From positions 544,001-608,000 of the forward strand of contig CAXXIN010000007.1 of NCBI GenBank assembly GCA_963665275.2: a stretch of 64,000 bases of DNA, written 5' to 3'. Position 1 is the first letter of the stretch, and each line of letters begins with the position of its first letter. The DNA comes from Negativicutes bacterium (lineage in GTDB: Bacteria; Bacillota; Negativicutes; UBA1444). This document shows, piece by piece, positions 29,906 through 39,486 of the stretch. The notes under the pieces were generated by a model. That model was not told the DNA's origin, ran no database searches, and saw only the letters and a program-made list of their open reading frames with translations. Position numbers and translations under genes: made by a program.

Positions 29906-31039
29906 CTACACCAACCTTTTCTTCAGCTTAACGTTGGCGACGACGATCAGCACCACGGCAAAGAGCAGGAGAACTCCGGCCTCATATTTTATCATCGCCA
30001 TTCCGGCCCCTTTGAGGTAGATGTTCTTTAAGATGGCGACAAAAAATCTGGAAGGAACCATATAGGTCAGTCCCTGAATGACAACTGGCATATTCGCTAT
30101 GGAATACATAAATCCCGACAGCAAAAATGACGGCAAAAAGGTCAGCACCATCGCCAGCTGGCTTGCCAGCAGTTGCGACCGGGTTACGATACTGATCAGC
30201 ATTCCCATGGTAAGGGCCCCGGGGAGAAATATCGCCGCCATGCCGAAAACAAGGGCGGCATTGCCGCGGAGCGGAACATCAAATATGATTTGCCCCATTA
30301 AAACCGCCAAAGCGACATCCAGCATGCCGATTACAAAATAGGGAGTCAATTTCCCTGTAATCAATTCACCGGGAGTCAGCGGCGTGGTGATTAACTGCTC
30401 CATCGTTCCGTTCTCCCATTCGCGGGCGATGGTGAGCGAAGTCAGCAATGCGGCGATGACCATCATGATGACAGCGATCAGGCCCGGAATAATATAGTTT
30501 TTCGCCTGCATGTTCTGGTTGAACCATACCCGCGGCTTGGCTTCCAATGGGACGATTGCAGTTTTGGCGCCCCGTTGCCGGGCTGTTTGAATCAGTAGGG
30601 AACTGGTATAGCCGTCTGTCACCATTTGGGCATACCCAATAGCGATAGTGGCGGTATTGGCATCACTGCCGTCGGCAATCAGCTGCACATCAGCAGCATG
30701 ACCGCTCTCCAGCTTGCGGCTGAAGTCACGGGGAACCACCAACGCCAGTATCGCCTCGCGTTTGTCGATAGCCTCTTCAATCTCCGCATAGGAAGTGACA
30801 TAACCGGTCAGACCGAAATAACGGGAAGCGGTAAACCGTCCGATGAATTCGCGGCTGTCGCTGGTTCCGTTTTGGTCCCATATCACCAGTGGCACATTGT
30901 CCACATCCAGGCTCAGTGAGGAACCAAAAAGAAAGATCAGTAGAATGGGCATCGCAATCGCCATTCCAAGGCTGCGGGGGTCGCGGATGATGTGGATGAA
31001 TTCTTTTTTAGCAATGGCGATGATCCGATGGATATTCAT
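29906..31039 (-). CDS. ABC-2 exporter permease (YbhS-like)
   Basis: KEFIHIIRDPRS, AREWENGTMEQL, LLSGF. Confidence 0.9.
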   Translation of the reverse strand: MNIHRIIAIAKKEFIHIIRDPRSLGMAIAMPILLIFLFGSSLSLDVDNVPLVIWDQNGTSDSREFIGRFTASRYFGLTGYVTSYAEIEEAIDKREAILALVVPRDFSRKLESGHAADVQLIADGSDANTATIAIGYAQMVTDGYTSSLLIQTARQRGAKTAIVPLEAKPRVWFNQNMQAKNYIIPGLIAVIMMVIAALLTSLTIAREWENGTMEQLITTPLTPGELITGKLTPYFVIGMLDVALAVLMGQIIFDVPLRGNAALVFGMAAIFLPGALTMGMLISIVTRSQLLASQLAMVLTFLPSFLLSGFMYSIANMPVVIQGLTYMVPSRFFVAILKNIYLKGAGMAMIKYEAGVLLLFAVVLIVVANVKLKKRLV

Positions 31040-32013
31040 AAGGCCACCGCCGGAATTCCCGTTTTACTGTCACGGGCTTCAATGATCGATACAAACACGT
31101 CTTCAAGAGAGGGCTTGATTTTTTCCAGTTTTGTATATGTGGCTTTCCGCTCCTCTAATGCCGTGACAATAACCGGTATTGCCGTTTGTGCATCTTCGAC
31201 GCTCAGGTGCAGACCGCGCCCGAAGAGCGCTGCTTCCTTTATCTTGGAAATGCCTTTAATTTTTTGCAGTATCCCGAAAGGATCGGGGCACTCCAGATTC
31301 AGGATATCCGCGTTCATGTATCTGGCTTTCAATTCGTCGGGAGTGCCAATGGCCACCATTTCACCCCGGTAAATCATGGCCAGGCGGTCGCAGTATTCGG
31401 CTTCATCCATATAGTGGGTTGTCACGAACACAGTAACGCCTTCAGCGGCAAGCTGGTAAATCAGATCCCAGAAGTTGCGGCGGGAGATCGGATCGACGCC
31501 AGATGTCGGCTCATCCAGAAATATCACCGGCGGTTTATGAAGCAAGGCGCAGCCCAGAGCCAGCCGCTGCCGCCATCCCCCGGGCAAAATGGAAGTGAGA
31601 CTGTTTCGATGCTCTTCCAATCCGGACATTTTTACGACCCAATCTTTGCGCGCTTTTTTTTCTTCTTTCGGAATCTGATAAATACCGCTGTAAAAGTCGA
31701 TATTTTCTTCCACCGTCAGATCTTCATACAGCGAAAACTTTTGCGACATATATCCGATGTGGGCTTTGATCTGTTCAGCTTCTGTAAACACGTCAAAACC
31801 AATTACGTTGGCTTTTCCGGCTGTAGGAACAATGATGCCGCAGAGCATCCGCATGGTGGTCGACTTCCCGGCTCCGTTCGGCCCGAGAAATCCAAATATT
31901 TCACCCCGTTTCACCTGAAAGGACACCTTGTTTACGGCCTGGAAATCTCCGAATCTCTTTTCCAGATTTTCCACCGTTACTGCGTATTCAGGCGTTATTG
32001 TATTATCTGACAT
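31036..32013 (-). CDS. ABC transporter ATP-binding protein
   Basis: GPNGAGKS, LPGGWRQR, LDEPTSGVDP, TTHYMDEAE. Confidence 0.93.
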   Translation of the reverse strand: MSDNTITPEYAVTVENLEKRFGDFQAVNKVSFQVKRGEIFGFLGPNGAGKSTTMRMLCGIIVPTAGKANVIGFDVFTEAEQIKAHIGYMSQKFSLYEDLTVEENIDFYSGIYQIPKEEKKARKDWVVKMSGLEEHRNSLTSILPGGWRQRLALGCALLHKPPVIFLDEPTSGVDPISRRNFWDLIYQLAAEGVTVFVTTHYMDEAEYCDRLAMIYRGEMVAIGTPDELKARYMNADILNLECPDPFGILQKIKGISKIKEAALFGRGLHLSVEDAQTAIPVIVTALEERKATYTKLEKIKPSLEDVFVSIIEARDSKTGIPAVAL

Positions 32014-32944
32014 CAGAACCACTTCCTTCGGAGGACAGGATCTGCGAAATGAATACATCTTCGAGGGATGGTACGACAATTTCCGTTTCCGCCTGTACTC
32101 CCATCTCAGCCATCATTTTTTTTACTGCGGACAGTGCCTGTGACGCTTCCCCGTCCAGCACGAGATGGATTTTTGCGCCGAATAGCCCTGCAGCTACGTA
32201 TGTCATACTTTCTCGCAAGGAGGCAAGCACTTGTCTGGGTTCGTTGCAGCGGATTTCGACTAGGGCACCGCGCATATGCGCCTTCACTTCGTCCGGCGTT
32301 CCGGAAAGAATCATTTGTCCCCGATGTAAAAGGCCGATTCTCGCGCAGCGTTCGGCTTCGTCAAGATACGCCGTGGATACAAAGATCGTGACCTTTTCTT
32401 CAAGCAGCCTATACAATATGCGCCAAAAATCCCGTCGGGACAGAGGATCAACGCCATTGGTGGGTTCGTCCAGCAGGAGCACCTTGGGTGTATGAACCAA
32501 GGCACAGGCAAGCGCCAATTTCTGTTTCATGCCGCCGGACAGGTTCCGCGCCTGGCGGTCCCGAAACGGCGTCATGTTGCTGAATGAAAGGAGTTCGGCG
32601 ATTTTTTCTTTTCTCTCTTTGCGCGAAACATTATACAAGTCCGCGTAAAAATCGATATTCTCCTGTACCGTCAGGTCCGGATAAAGCCCGAAGCGCTGGG
32701 GCATATAACTGATATGAGTTCGTAGTTGTTCTGCTTCATTCACAGTATGGCAACCATAGACCCAGGCATCTCCAGCGCTCGGAGTCATCAGTCCCGCGAG
32801 CAGGCGCATCACGGTCGTTTTCCCTGCGCCATCCGGCCCCACCAGACCAAAGACTTCCCCTTCTTTGACGGTCAGCGTCAGATTGTTTACTGCCGTGTTC
32901 TCACCAAATTTTTGCGTCAACCCCTGGGTGCGAATGGCATCCAT
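32003..32944 (-). CDS. ABC transporter ATP-binding protein
   Basis: GPDGAGKT, LSGGMKQK, LDEPTNGVDP. Confidence 0.93.
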   Translation of the reverse strand: MDAIRTQGLTQKFGENTAVNNLTLTVKEGEVFGLVGPDGAGKTTVMRLLAGLMTPSAGDAWVYGCHTVNEAEQLRTHISYMPQRFGLYPDLTVQENIDFYADLYNVSRKERKEKIAELLSFSNMTPFRDRQARNLSGGMKQKLALACALVHTPKVLLLDEPTNGVDPLSRRDFWRILYRLLEEKVTIFVSTAYLDEAERCARIGLLHRGQMILSGTPDEVKAHMRGALVEIRCNEPRQVLASLRESMTYVAAGLFGAKIHLVLDGEASQALSAVKKMMAEMGVQAETEIVVPSLEDVFISQILSSEGSGSDVR

Positions 32945-32947
32945 GAC

Positions 32948-33940
32948 TTATTCCCCGCCCAGTTGAATCAATGCGTCGGCAGGCATGCCGGGTTTCAGCT
33001 CCCGGGTGGTGTTATCGAGGGTAATCTTGATGCGGTATACCAGTTTCACCCGTTCTTCCGCTGTTTGGATGCTCTTGGGGGTAAATTCGGCTTCCGATGC
33101 AATAAAACCAATGTTTCCTTGGTAGACCTTGCCTGGATAGGTATCTGTTGTCACTGCCACTTTTTGTCCGAGTTTAACTTTGCCGAGATCAGTTTCGGCA
33201 ATATATGCTTTGAGCCAGACCTGGTTTAAATTCCCAACCGTCACCACTGGAGTTCCCGGCGATACATATTCGCCGGCTTCAATGTTTTTGGACAATACCA
33301 CTCCATCGACCGGCGCTGTAATCTGAGCATAGGACAACCGGGTTTGCGCCAGTTTCAGAACCTGTTTGGCCTGTTCCACCCGCGCGGCGGCCAAGTCGAT
33401 TTCTTCCTGCCTGGGGCCTTCCACTGCCAGGCTGAGTTGCTGCACGGTTTGGTCAGCGCGGGCGTTTGCCGTTGCATAGGCAGTTTGACTTCGATCGCGG
33501 TCCTGCGCGGCTATTGCGCCTTTGGCAAAAAGCTGCTGCATGCGTTGATACTCCACCGCTGCATTGTTTCTGTCCGCTTCGGCGCTACGAACTACCGCCC
33601 GGGCTACTGAAACGTCCTGCGGACGCGAACCGTTCGTCAACTGCGCAAGAGTTGCTTGGGTTGCAAGCAGTTGTGCATTGGCATTGGCCACATCCAGTTC
33701 AAGATCGGCAGTTTCCAGTTTGGCCACGCTCTGTCCCTTCTTGACACTCTCGCCTTCGTCCACCAGTCGACGGTCAACATGGCCGGCAATTTTGAAACCC
33801 ACTCCGACCGTGGTGACTTCAATGTTGCCGGATACCTTGACCTGGTTTGGATTGATTTCCTTTTTGAAGTATAGGAAGTATGCGCTGGCCGCCACTGCAA
33901 TGACCAAAATGGGGATCAATATTTTCAGTCTTTTTTTCAT
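32948..33940 (-). CDS. HlyD/YbhG-family membrane fusion (periplasmic adaptor) protein
   Basis: N-terminal membrane anchor, lipoyl-like halves, coiled coil, AEFTPK and LKPGMPAD. Confidence 0.92.
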   Translation of the reverse strand: MKKRLKILIPILVIAVAASAYFLYFKKEINPNQVKVSGNIEVTTVGVGFKIAGHVDRRLVDEGESVKKGQSVAKLETADLELDVANANAQLLATQATLAQLTNGSRPQDVSVARAVVRSAEADRNNAAVEYQRMQQLFAKGAIAAQDRDRSQTAYATANARADQTVQQLSLAVEGPRQEEIDLAAARVEQAKQVLKLAQTRLSYAQITAPVDGVVLSKNIEAGEYVSPGTPVVTVGNLNQVWLKAYIAETDLGKVKLGQKVAVTTDTYPGKVYQGNIGFIASEAEFTPKSIQTAEERVKLVYRIKITLDNTTRELKPGMPADALIQLGGE

Positions 33941-33999
33941 GTCTGCTCCTCCAAATTTTCAGGCTCACACATTGCGTTACGATAGGCAATTATGTATAA

Positions 34000-34025
34000 T
34001 ATAAGTGAATATACTTTCACTTATA
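34000..34025. promoter_or_regulatory. Palindromic operator in the divergent promoter region, probably bound by the TetR
   Basis: Perfect 10-bp inverted repeat TATAAGTGAA-N6-TTCACTTATA upstream of the HlyD gene. Confidence 0.6.
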
Positions 34026-34166
34026 ATTTAACACAATACTTTTGCCAATGCAATAGCAACGTTACTCGCACTTTAACTTGCAAAACCAAGATCATGCAGG
34101 GAATGGCGTCAAAATGGAGAATTTCATCTTAAATCCGCATTTAACAAGTGAGGGAACAAGCATCTG

Positions 34167-35381
34167 ATGAAAATTTACTCTTCTCATAACCCCTGGACTC
34201 AGAAGTATCTGCTTGCTTTGTGTTCAACGGCGATCCTGCTCGCCATCATCACATTGACGACACATTACAACATAGAACTGCAAAAAGATAATGCACTGAT
34301 GATCAATCAGAGCGGCAAACAGCGAATGCTCGTAAAAGAAATCGCGTTGAAAAGCTTGCAAATCACATCGAACCCGGTACCTGGCACCGAAGAAAAGCTG
34401 AAAGACGAGTTGTTGACAGCACTGGCTCAACTGCAAAAAAGTCATTCCGAAATGAGCCGATCCAAAATCCCGGAAGTGAAAAAAATTTATTTTTCATCGC
34501 CTAATTCGCTGGATCGCCAAGTTCGCCGCTTTATTGACGATGGCCTGGTATTCGCGGGAAAACCTGTGGAGGATCTGGAACACCAAAAGTCCCGTGTTGA
34601 ATCTTTGCTTATTTCAGCTTCCGGAGAACTTTTGGTTACACTGGAAGAGGTAACCTATCTTTTTCAGCTTGAAAGCGAGAAAAAGACTTTAAACCTTCTG
34701 CGCATTGCTCAGGGTTCTTTGGTCATTGCACTGTTTGTGCTGCTTCTGCAGGGATTGTATATTTTTCGCCCAATGATTCATACAATCGCACAGGAAAAGG
34801 AAGAACTCCTCAAACTGAACGAAGATCTGGCACAGCAGGCGTCCATTGATGGTTTGACAGGAGTAGCCAATCGCCGCCGTCTGGACGAATTTGTACAGCG
34901 AGAACTGGCCCGCTCTCTTCGTGAGAGAACCTCGATGTCCGTCATCATGGTGGACATCGACTTTTTCAAAGCCTATAACGATGTATATGGGCATCTTGCG
35001 GGCGATGAATGTCTCAAAAAGGTAGCCCATGCATTGACTGTAGCTGCCAGACGTCCCACTGACCTAGTAGCCCGTTATGGAGGCGAAGAATTTGCAATCG
35101 TATTGCCGAACACCGATTTTCCAGGGATGGCGCTGATCGCCGAGGCCTGCAGGAAAAGCGTAGAGAGTTTGGCAATACCCCATAGCGGCTCTTTAGTCAG
35201 TGGAGTTATCACTATCAGCCTTGGACTTGCCGGCATCACTGAGGAGCAGAGAAGCATCGAAAGTCTCTTCGATGCCGCAGACAGCGCCCTGTATAAGGCA
35301 AAGAACTCTGGCCGCAATAAAGCAGTTGTTTTCGAGCCTCAACCTGACGATAATACAGCCAAGGAGTTGGTAGCTCTATGA
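34167..35381 (+). CDS. Membrane diguanylate cyclase with a NarX/PilJ-like sensor domain
   Basis: TM - [10 protein letters not shown] (P-box-like) - TM - coiled coil - DGLTG...RPTD..RYGGEEF. Confidence 0.85.
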   Translation: MKIYSSHNPWTQKYLLALCSTAILLAIITLTTHYNIELQKDNALMINQSGKQRMLVKEIALKSLQITSNPVPGTEEKLKDELLTALAQLQKSHSEMSRSKIPEVKKIYFSSPNSLDRQVRRFIDDGLVFAGKPVEDLEHQKSRVESLLISASGELLVTLEEVTYLFQLESEKKTLNLLRIAQGSLVIALFVLLLQGLYIFRPMIHTIAQEKEELLKLNEDLAQQASIDGLTGVANRRRLDEFVQRELARSLRERTSMSVIMVDIDFFKAYNDVYGHLAGDECLKKVAHALTVAARRPTDLVARYGGEEFAIVLPNTDFPGMALIAEACRKSVESLAIPHSGSLVSGVITISLGLAGITEEQRSIESLFDAADSALYKAKNSGRNKAVVFEPQPDDNTAKELVAL

Positions 35382-36277
35382 CTTGTGCCGATATTAGCAG
35401 TGAGGGATATGTATATAACCCTCCGAGCGAGGATAAAGGGTTGGTGCTCCGGGTTGCAGCGGGTTGCTCCCATAACGCCTGCACGTTTTGCGGAATGTAT
35501 CGAAACGTAAATTTTCGCGTACGGCCGCTTGATGAACTTCTTCCCCTGATTGCCGAAGCAAAAGAAAGAACACCCAACCTGCGGCGGGTTTTTCTCGGAG
35601 ATGGCAATGCGCTTGCCGCTCCCACCGCTGAATTGCTGACGATCCTGAAGCGCCTCAAATCTGCATTTCCGACCGTAAGCACGATCTCTTGCGCGGCCCG
35701 GGCGAATGACTTACTGGAGAAAGCTCCTGCAGACCTGGCGTTACTTAACGCGAATGGCCTGTCATTGATTTATTTGGGCGTCGAAAGCGGCGACGATGAA
35801 GTCTTGCGTCGAATTAACAAGGGCGTCACAGCCGATGATGTCATTCAAGCCGGGCAAGCAGCTAATAAGGCGGGTATCGAGCTTTCCACCATGATCATTC
35901 TCGGGCTCGGCGGTAAGGAACTCACCGAAGAACACGCGATGCACACGGCTGATATTCTCAATGCGCTATCTCCTGCTATGTTGGGGATAATGACGTTATT
36001 GCCCCGGGCAGGAACACCGTTAGAACGACAGATTGCGGTTGAGCAGTTTCAGCGCCTCAATCGTCAGGAAACGCTGCAGGAGTTGTTGAAATTGCTCACT
36101 CGTCTTGACCTGCATCGACCGTCCATCCTACGTGCAAGCCATATCTATAATTTTGTTGATCTGGCCGGAACTTTACCGGAAGATAAAGAATCTCTGCTGG
36201 CGCAGGTTCGCCAAAGACTTGAAGAAGAACCGACAACAGAGAAAGATCTGATTTACAAAAACTACGGGATATTTTGA
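35378..36277 (+). CDS. Radical SAM protein
   Basis: YNPPSE...[13 protein letters not shown] (CxxxCxxC), [13 protein letters not shown]. Confidence 0.88.
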   Translation: MTCADISSEGYVYNPPSEDKGLVLRVAAGCSHNACTFCGMYRNVNFRVRPLDELLPLIAEAKERTPNLRRVFLGDGNALAAPTAELLTILKRLKSAFPTVSTISCAARANDLLEKAPADLALLNANGLSLIYLGVESGDDEVLRRINKGVTADDVIQAGQAANKAGIELSTMIILGLGGKELTEEHAMHTADILNALSPAMLGIMTLLPRAGTPLERQIAVEQFQRLNRQETLQELLKLLTRLDLHRPSILRASHIYNFVDLAGTLPEDKESLLAQVRQRLEEEPTTEKDLIYKNYGIF

Positions 36278-36463
36278 CAACTGCAAATAAGTTTCTCGTT
36301 AGCCATATGTTCCCTAACCAATAATCCGGCCGGACAAGGTTGTCTCGGGCGAATACCAGCGAATTATCAAACGGACCTCCGTTTGGTTATCATTCGCGTC
36401 TGGTTATCCTTCACATTTGCCCATTTCATAAGTGTGTCTATACAACTACTCTTTAAATTTACA

Positions 36464-37741
36464 TCATTCACTTTTCCCTTTATGTCCGCCCACATAATCC
36501 GCCCGTTCAAGGAAGGTTCCACCAGCCATCGACCCAGCATAAAAAATCGTTTTTTTGCCAAATCGCTTCCGAACATCATCTACTACTCTATCCATGGCAT
36601 GTTTCTTTTCTTCTCCTTCAAAAAACAGTTCCAACTGCTCAAGTCCTTGAGGCACGATTTTCCCGGCAGTAAAATTTACCGATCGCACCGGTTCACCATG
36701 CCACCGCTTAATAAACTCCTGGCGTGTCGCTTCACTAATTATATCCGTTGAGTGTTCTGGGCGAACCAACTTAATCCGTGCAGCAAAACCCACCTGTAAA
36801 TTTCTATCCGAGTACCCGATCCCCAAATATACCTCTTGGCATTTTTCCTGGTGTTTACGTAGCCTGGCGCAAACATCTCCCACCATTTCCTTGATGACTA
36901 TTAGGATTTCTGCTTTTTCGTAGTAATCCCTCATCAATATCTGGTTTTTACTATAGGATTTACTTTTCGGCAGTACCTTCTGGCTAAGGATGCTAGCATC
37001 CAAGCCCCATGCGTGGTAATACAGCTGCAATCCCATTACGCCTAGAGTTTTATGCAACCGCATTGGATTGGTGTGTGCCAGCGCCTCAATCGTATAAATA
37101 CCCATTTGCTTGAGTTTCTTATCGTACCCTCTGGATATACCCCAAAACGCAGTCAGCGGCTGTATCTTCCATACCGTTTGCGGCACCATTTCATATGTCC
37201 ATTTTGCAATCCACGGCGGCTGCTTTTTGGCTTCATTATCCAGTGCCAGTTTCGCCAAAAGCGGATTATCTCCAATGCCTGCGGTCACAATAAGGCCCAA
37301 CTCTTCCTTCACCATCTTCAAAATGGCTTCCGCAATCGCCTCTGCGGGTCCAAACAAATTTAGCGATGCGGTAACATCCAATATGGACTCATCAATACTA
37401 TAAATGTGTAGATCTTCATCGGTTACAAATCGGCGGAATATATTCTGCATCGCCTGGTTCATATTGATATATAGCGCCATATTGGGCTCCACTACCATAA
37501 TCGGCGAACGCTTGGGGATTTCAAAGAGTCGATTTCCGGTCTTGATATTATATTCCAATTTAACCCTCGGGCTACTGGCCAATACGACAGCGCCGGTTCT
37601 CCTTAAATCCGATACTACAGCAATATAGGCTTCTAGAGGATCAAGCCCCCGCCGAACCGCCTCTACGGATGCAAAAAAAGATTTTGCGTCGATGCACAAT
37701 ACGCTTCTGCGAGGAAAGCGAGAAAAATCAACGAGCCCCAT
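36464..37741 (-). CDS. Y-family (UmuC/DinB-like) DNA polymerase
   Basis: CIDAKSFFASVE, YSIDES, GIGDNPLLAKLALD, C-terminal VGGH. Confidence 0.93.
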   Translation of the reverse strand: MGLVDFSRFPRRSVLCIDAKSFFASVEAVRRGLDPLEAYIAVVSDLRRTGAVVLASSPRVKLEYNIKTGNRLFEIPKRSPIMVVEPNMALYINMNQAMQNIFRRFVTDEDLHIYSIDESILDVTASLNLFGPAEAIAEAILKMVKEELGLIVTAGIGDNPLLAKLALDNEAKKQPPWIAKWTYEMVPQTVWKIQPLTAFWGISRGYDKKLKQMGIYTIEALAHTNPMRLHKTLGVMGLQLYYHAWGLDASILSQKVLPKSKSYSKNQILMRDYYEKAEILIVIKEMVGDVCARLRKHQEKCQEVYLGIGYSDRNLQVGFAARIKLVRPEHSTDIISEATRQEFIKRWHGEPVRSVNFTAGKIVPQGLEQLELFFEGEEKKHAMDRVVDDVRKRFGKKTIFYAGSMAGGTFLERADYVGGHKGKSE

Positions 37742-37889
37742 CGCTATGGCCTTCTTGGTCTTTCATCTGCTCGTTGTGCTCAGACAGAAGCATCCCCGCC
37801 CACTTGACCATACACCGGTCGATGTAAACTATCTGAACCATCTGCTGGTAAATAGGAATACTCAGTAAATCTATAGTAGGTTCGCTCAT
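37728..37889 (-). CDS. Small YolD-like protein (53 aa; absent from ORF track)
   Basis: Manual translation MSEPTIDLL...DRCMVKWAGMLLSEH (YolD-like DRGxxKW...EH). RBS GAGGTG upstream; overlaps the polymerase start. Confidence 0.55.
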   Translation of the reverse strand: MSEPTIDLLSIPIYQQMVQIVYIDRCMVKWAGMLLSEHNEQMKDQEGHSDGAR

Positions 37890-37916
37890 TACTATCCACC
37901 TCTATAGTAATATTAT

Positions 37917-37932
37917 CAGAACATATGTTCTG
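37917..37932. promoter_or_regulatory. LexA (SOS/Cheo) box
   Basis: Perfect palindrome CAGAACATATGTTCTG (GAAC-N4-GTTC) upstream of the YolD-like and Y-polymerase genes. Confidence 0.85.
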
Positions 37933-38067
37933 TGTAAATGTCATAGACTTACCATTTGCGAGCTGGACGGAAATGAAAAAAGCCGGCAAAGATGGTCCTC
38001 AAAACCACCCTAGCCAGCTTTTCTTTCACTTCACCCCACTTATAACAACGCCTAGGCTTTTATCTAC

Positions 38068-39486
38068 CTAGAAACTCGTCGCATCACACTCAATCTCCGT
38101 TCCATCAAGCAAGCTAACAATCACTTGCTTCCTGCCAACCACTGTTATTTTCTCTACCAAGGCAAAGTATAGATCAATAACAAACTCGTCAATTTTCGAC
38201 CGGCTCAACACGATCTCTATGAACTGCCTAGATTTATATCGTTTCAGCAGGTTATCGCTTTTCAAACCCTCTTTCCACGTTCCAATAAAATAAGCCTTGT
38301 TCTCAATCATCGCATTAAACACATCAACAAAAGTCTGATACAAAACCCCATCGTCAATATGCTGGCTCTCACATCCTTTTTCACCCTTCACCACATACTT
38401 GCCGTTGCAGCGCCAGACGATCCGTCTGAACCGATCATCGGTTGAATTCCATACTTTTCTGCCATAAGCATGGCCGCAGGAACCGCAAATCACTCGGCCT
38501 GCAAAGGGATTATCCTCTGTCGCACATTCAAGTTTCTGAATGCCATACTTCAGAGCAAAATTCCGACGTCGTTCCATCTCCAGCTGCACCGCTTCCCACA
38601 TCTCCTTGTCGATGATCGCGGGATGACTATCCTCCACATAATACTGCGGCACCTGACCGGTATTGTCCGCCCGCTTTTTGTTCAAGAAATCCACGGTGTA
38701 GGTTTTTTGCAGCAATGCGTCTCCCATATATTTTTCGTTTGTCAGCATTTTTCGGATGCTGTTTTCGTACCATTTTGCTTTGCCATTCCAATTGGGAACG
38801 CGGTCTTTTTCTAGGTCCCGCGCAATTCGATTAGCCCCTTTTCCGTCGAGAAATTCTCTGTAGATACGCCTGACGATTTTAGCCTGCTTTTCATTGATCA
38901 CCAGATTGCCGTTTTTGTCTTTGTCATAGCCAAGGAACTTGGTAGCGTTAATAAAGAGCCTTCCCTGCTCAAACCGCCGCCGGATTCCCCAGGTACTATT
39001 CTCCGAGATCGACCGGGACTCGTCTTGCGCCAGCGAACTGAGAATCGAAAGCAAAACTTCGCCCTTACTGTCGAGCGTAAAAATCGCCTCTTTCTCGAAG
39101 GTCACCCCGATGCCCAAGTCTTTTAGCAGCCGAACAAAGTTGAGGCAATCCAGCGTATTACGGGCAAACCGCGAGATGGATTTCGTAATGATCATGTCGA
39201 TCTTGCCGGCTTTACAGTCTGCAATCATCTTATTGAATTGATCACGTTTTTTTGTGGAAGTGCCGCTAATGCCTTCATCGGCATATATCCCAGCGCACTC
39301 ATAATCCGGCTGCTTTTCAATATAGGTAGTGTAGTAGTTAACCTGGGCTTCGTAGCTTGATAACTGTTCTTCCTGATCGGTCGACACCCGGCAATACGCT
39401 GCTACGCGTTTTTTCTTCGGCTCCAGGTTTTCCGCAAGGCTGGTGCGATTGGGCCTTGCGGGTATAACGGTAATGTTTCTCGCCAT
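38068..39486 (-). CDS. Large serine recombinase
   Basis: VAAYCRVST, DEGISGT, KSISRFARN, zinc ribbon CGSCG...WRC. Confidence 0.95.
   Translation of the reverse strand: MARNITVIPARPNRTSLAENLEPKKKRVAAYCRVSTDQEEQLSSYEAQVNYYTTYIEKQPDYECAGIYADEGISGTSTKKRDQFNKMIADCKAGKIDMIITKSISRFARNTLDCLNFVRLLKDLGIGVTFEKEAIFTLDSKGEVLLSILSSLAQDESRSISENSTWGIRRRFEQGRLFINATKFLGYDKDKNGNLVINEKQAKIVRRIYREFLDGKGANRIARDLEKDRVPNWNGKAKWYENSIRKMLTNEKYMGDALLQKTYTVDFLNKKRADNTGQVPQYYVEDSHPAIIDKEMWEAVQLEMERRRNFALKYGIQKLECATEDNPFAGRVICGSCGHAYGRKVWNSTDDRFRRIVWRCNGKYVVKGEKGCESQHIDDGVLYQTFVDVFNAMIENKAYFIGTWKEGLKSDNLLKRYKSRQFIEIVLSRSKIDEFVIDLYFALVEKITVVGRKQVIVSLLDGTEIECDATSF

Noticed and set aside
36367-36579. 70-aa ORF after the Y-polymerase as a second YolD
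   Set aside because: Only a weak MKW resemblance, and most of the ORF overlaps the polymerase gene.
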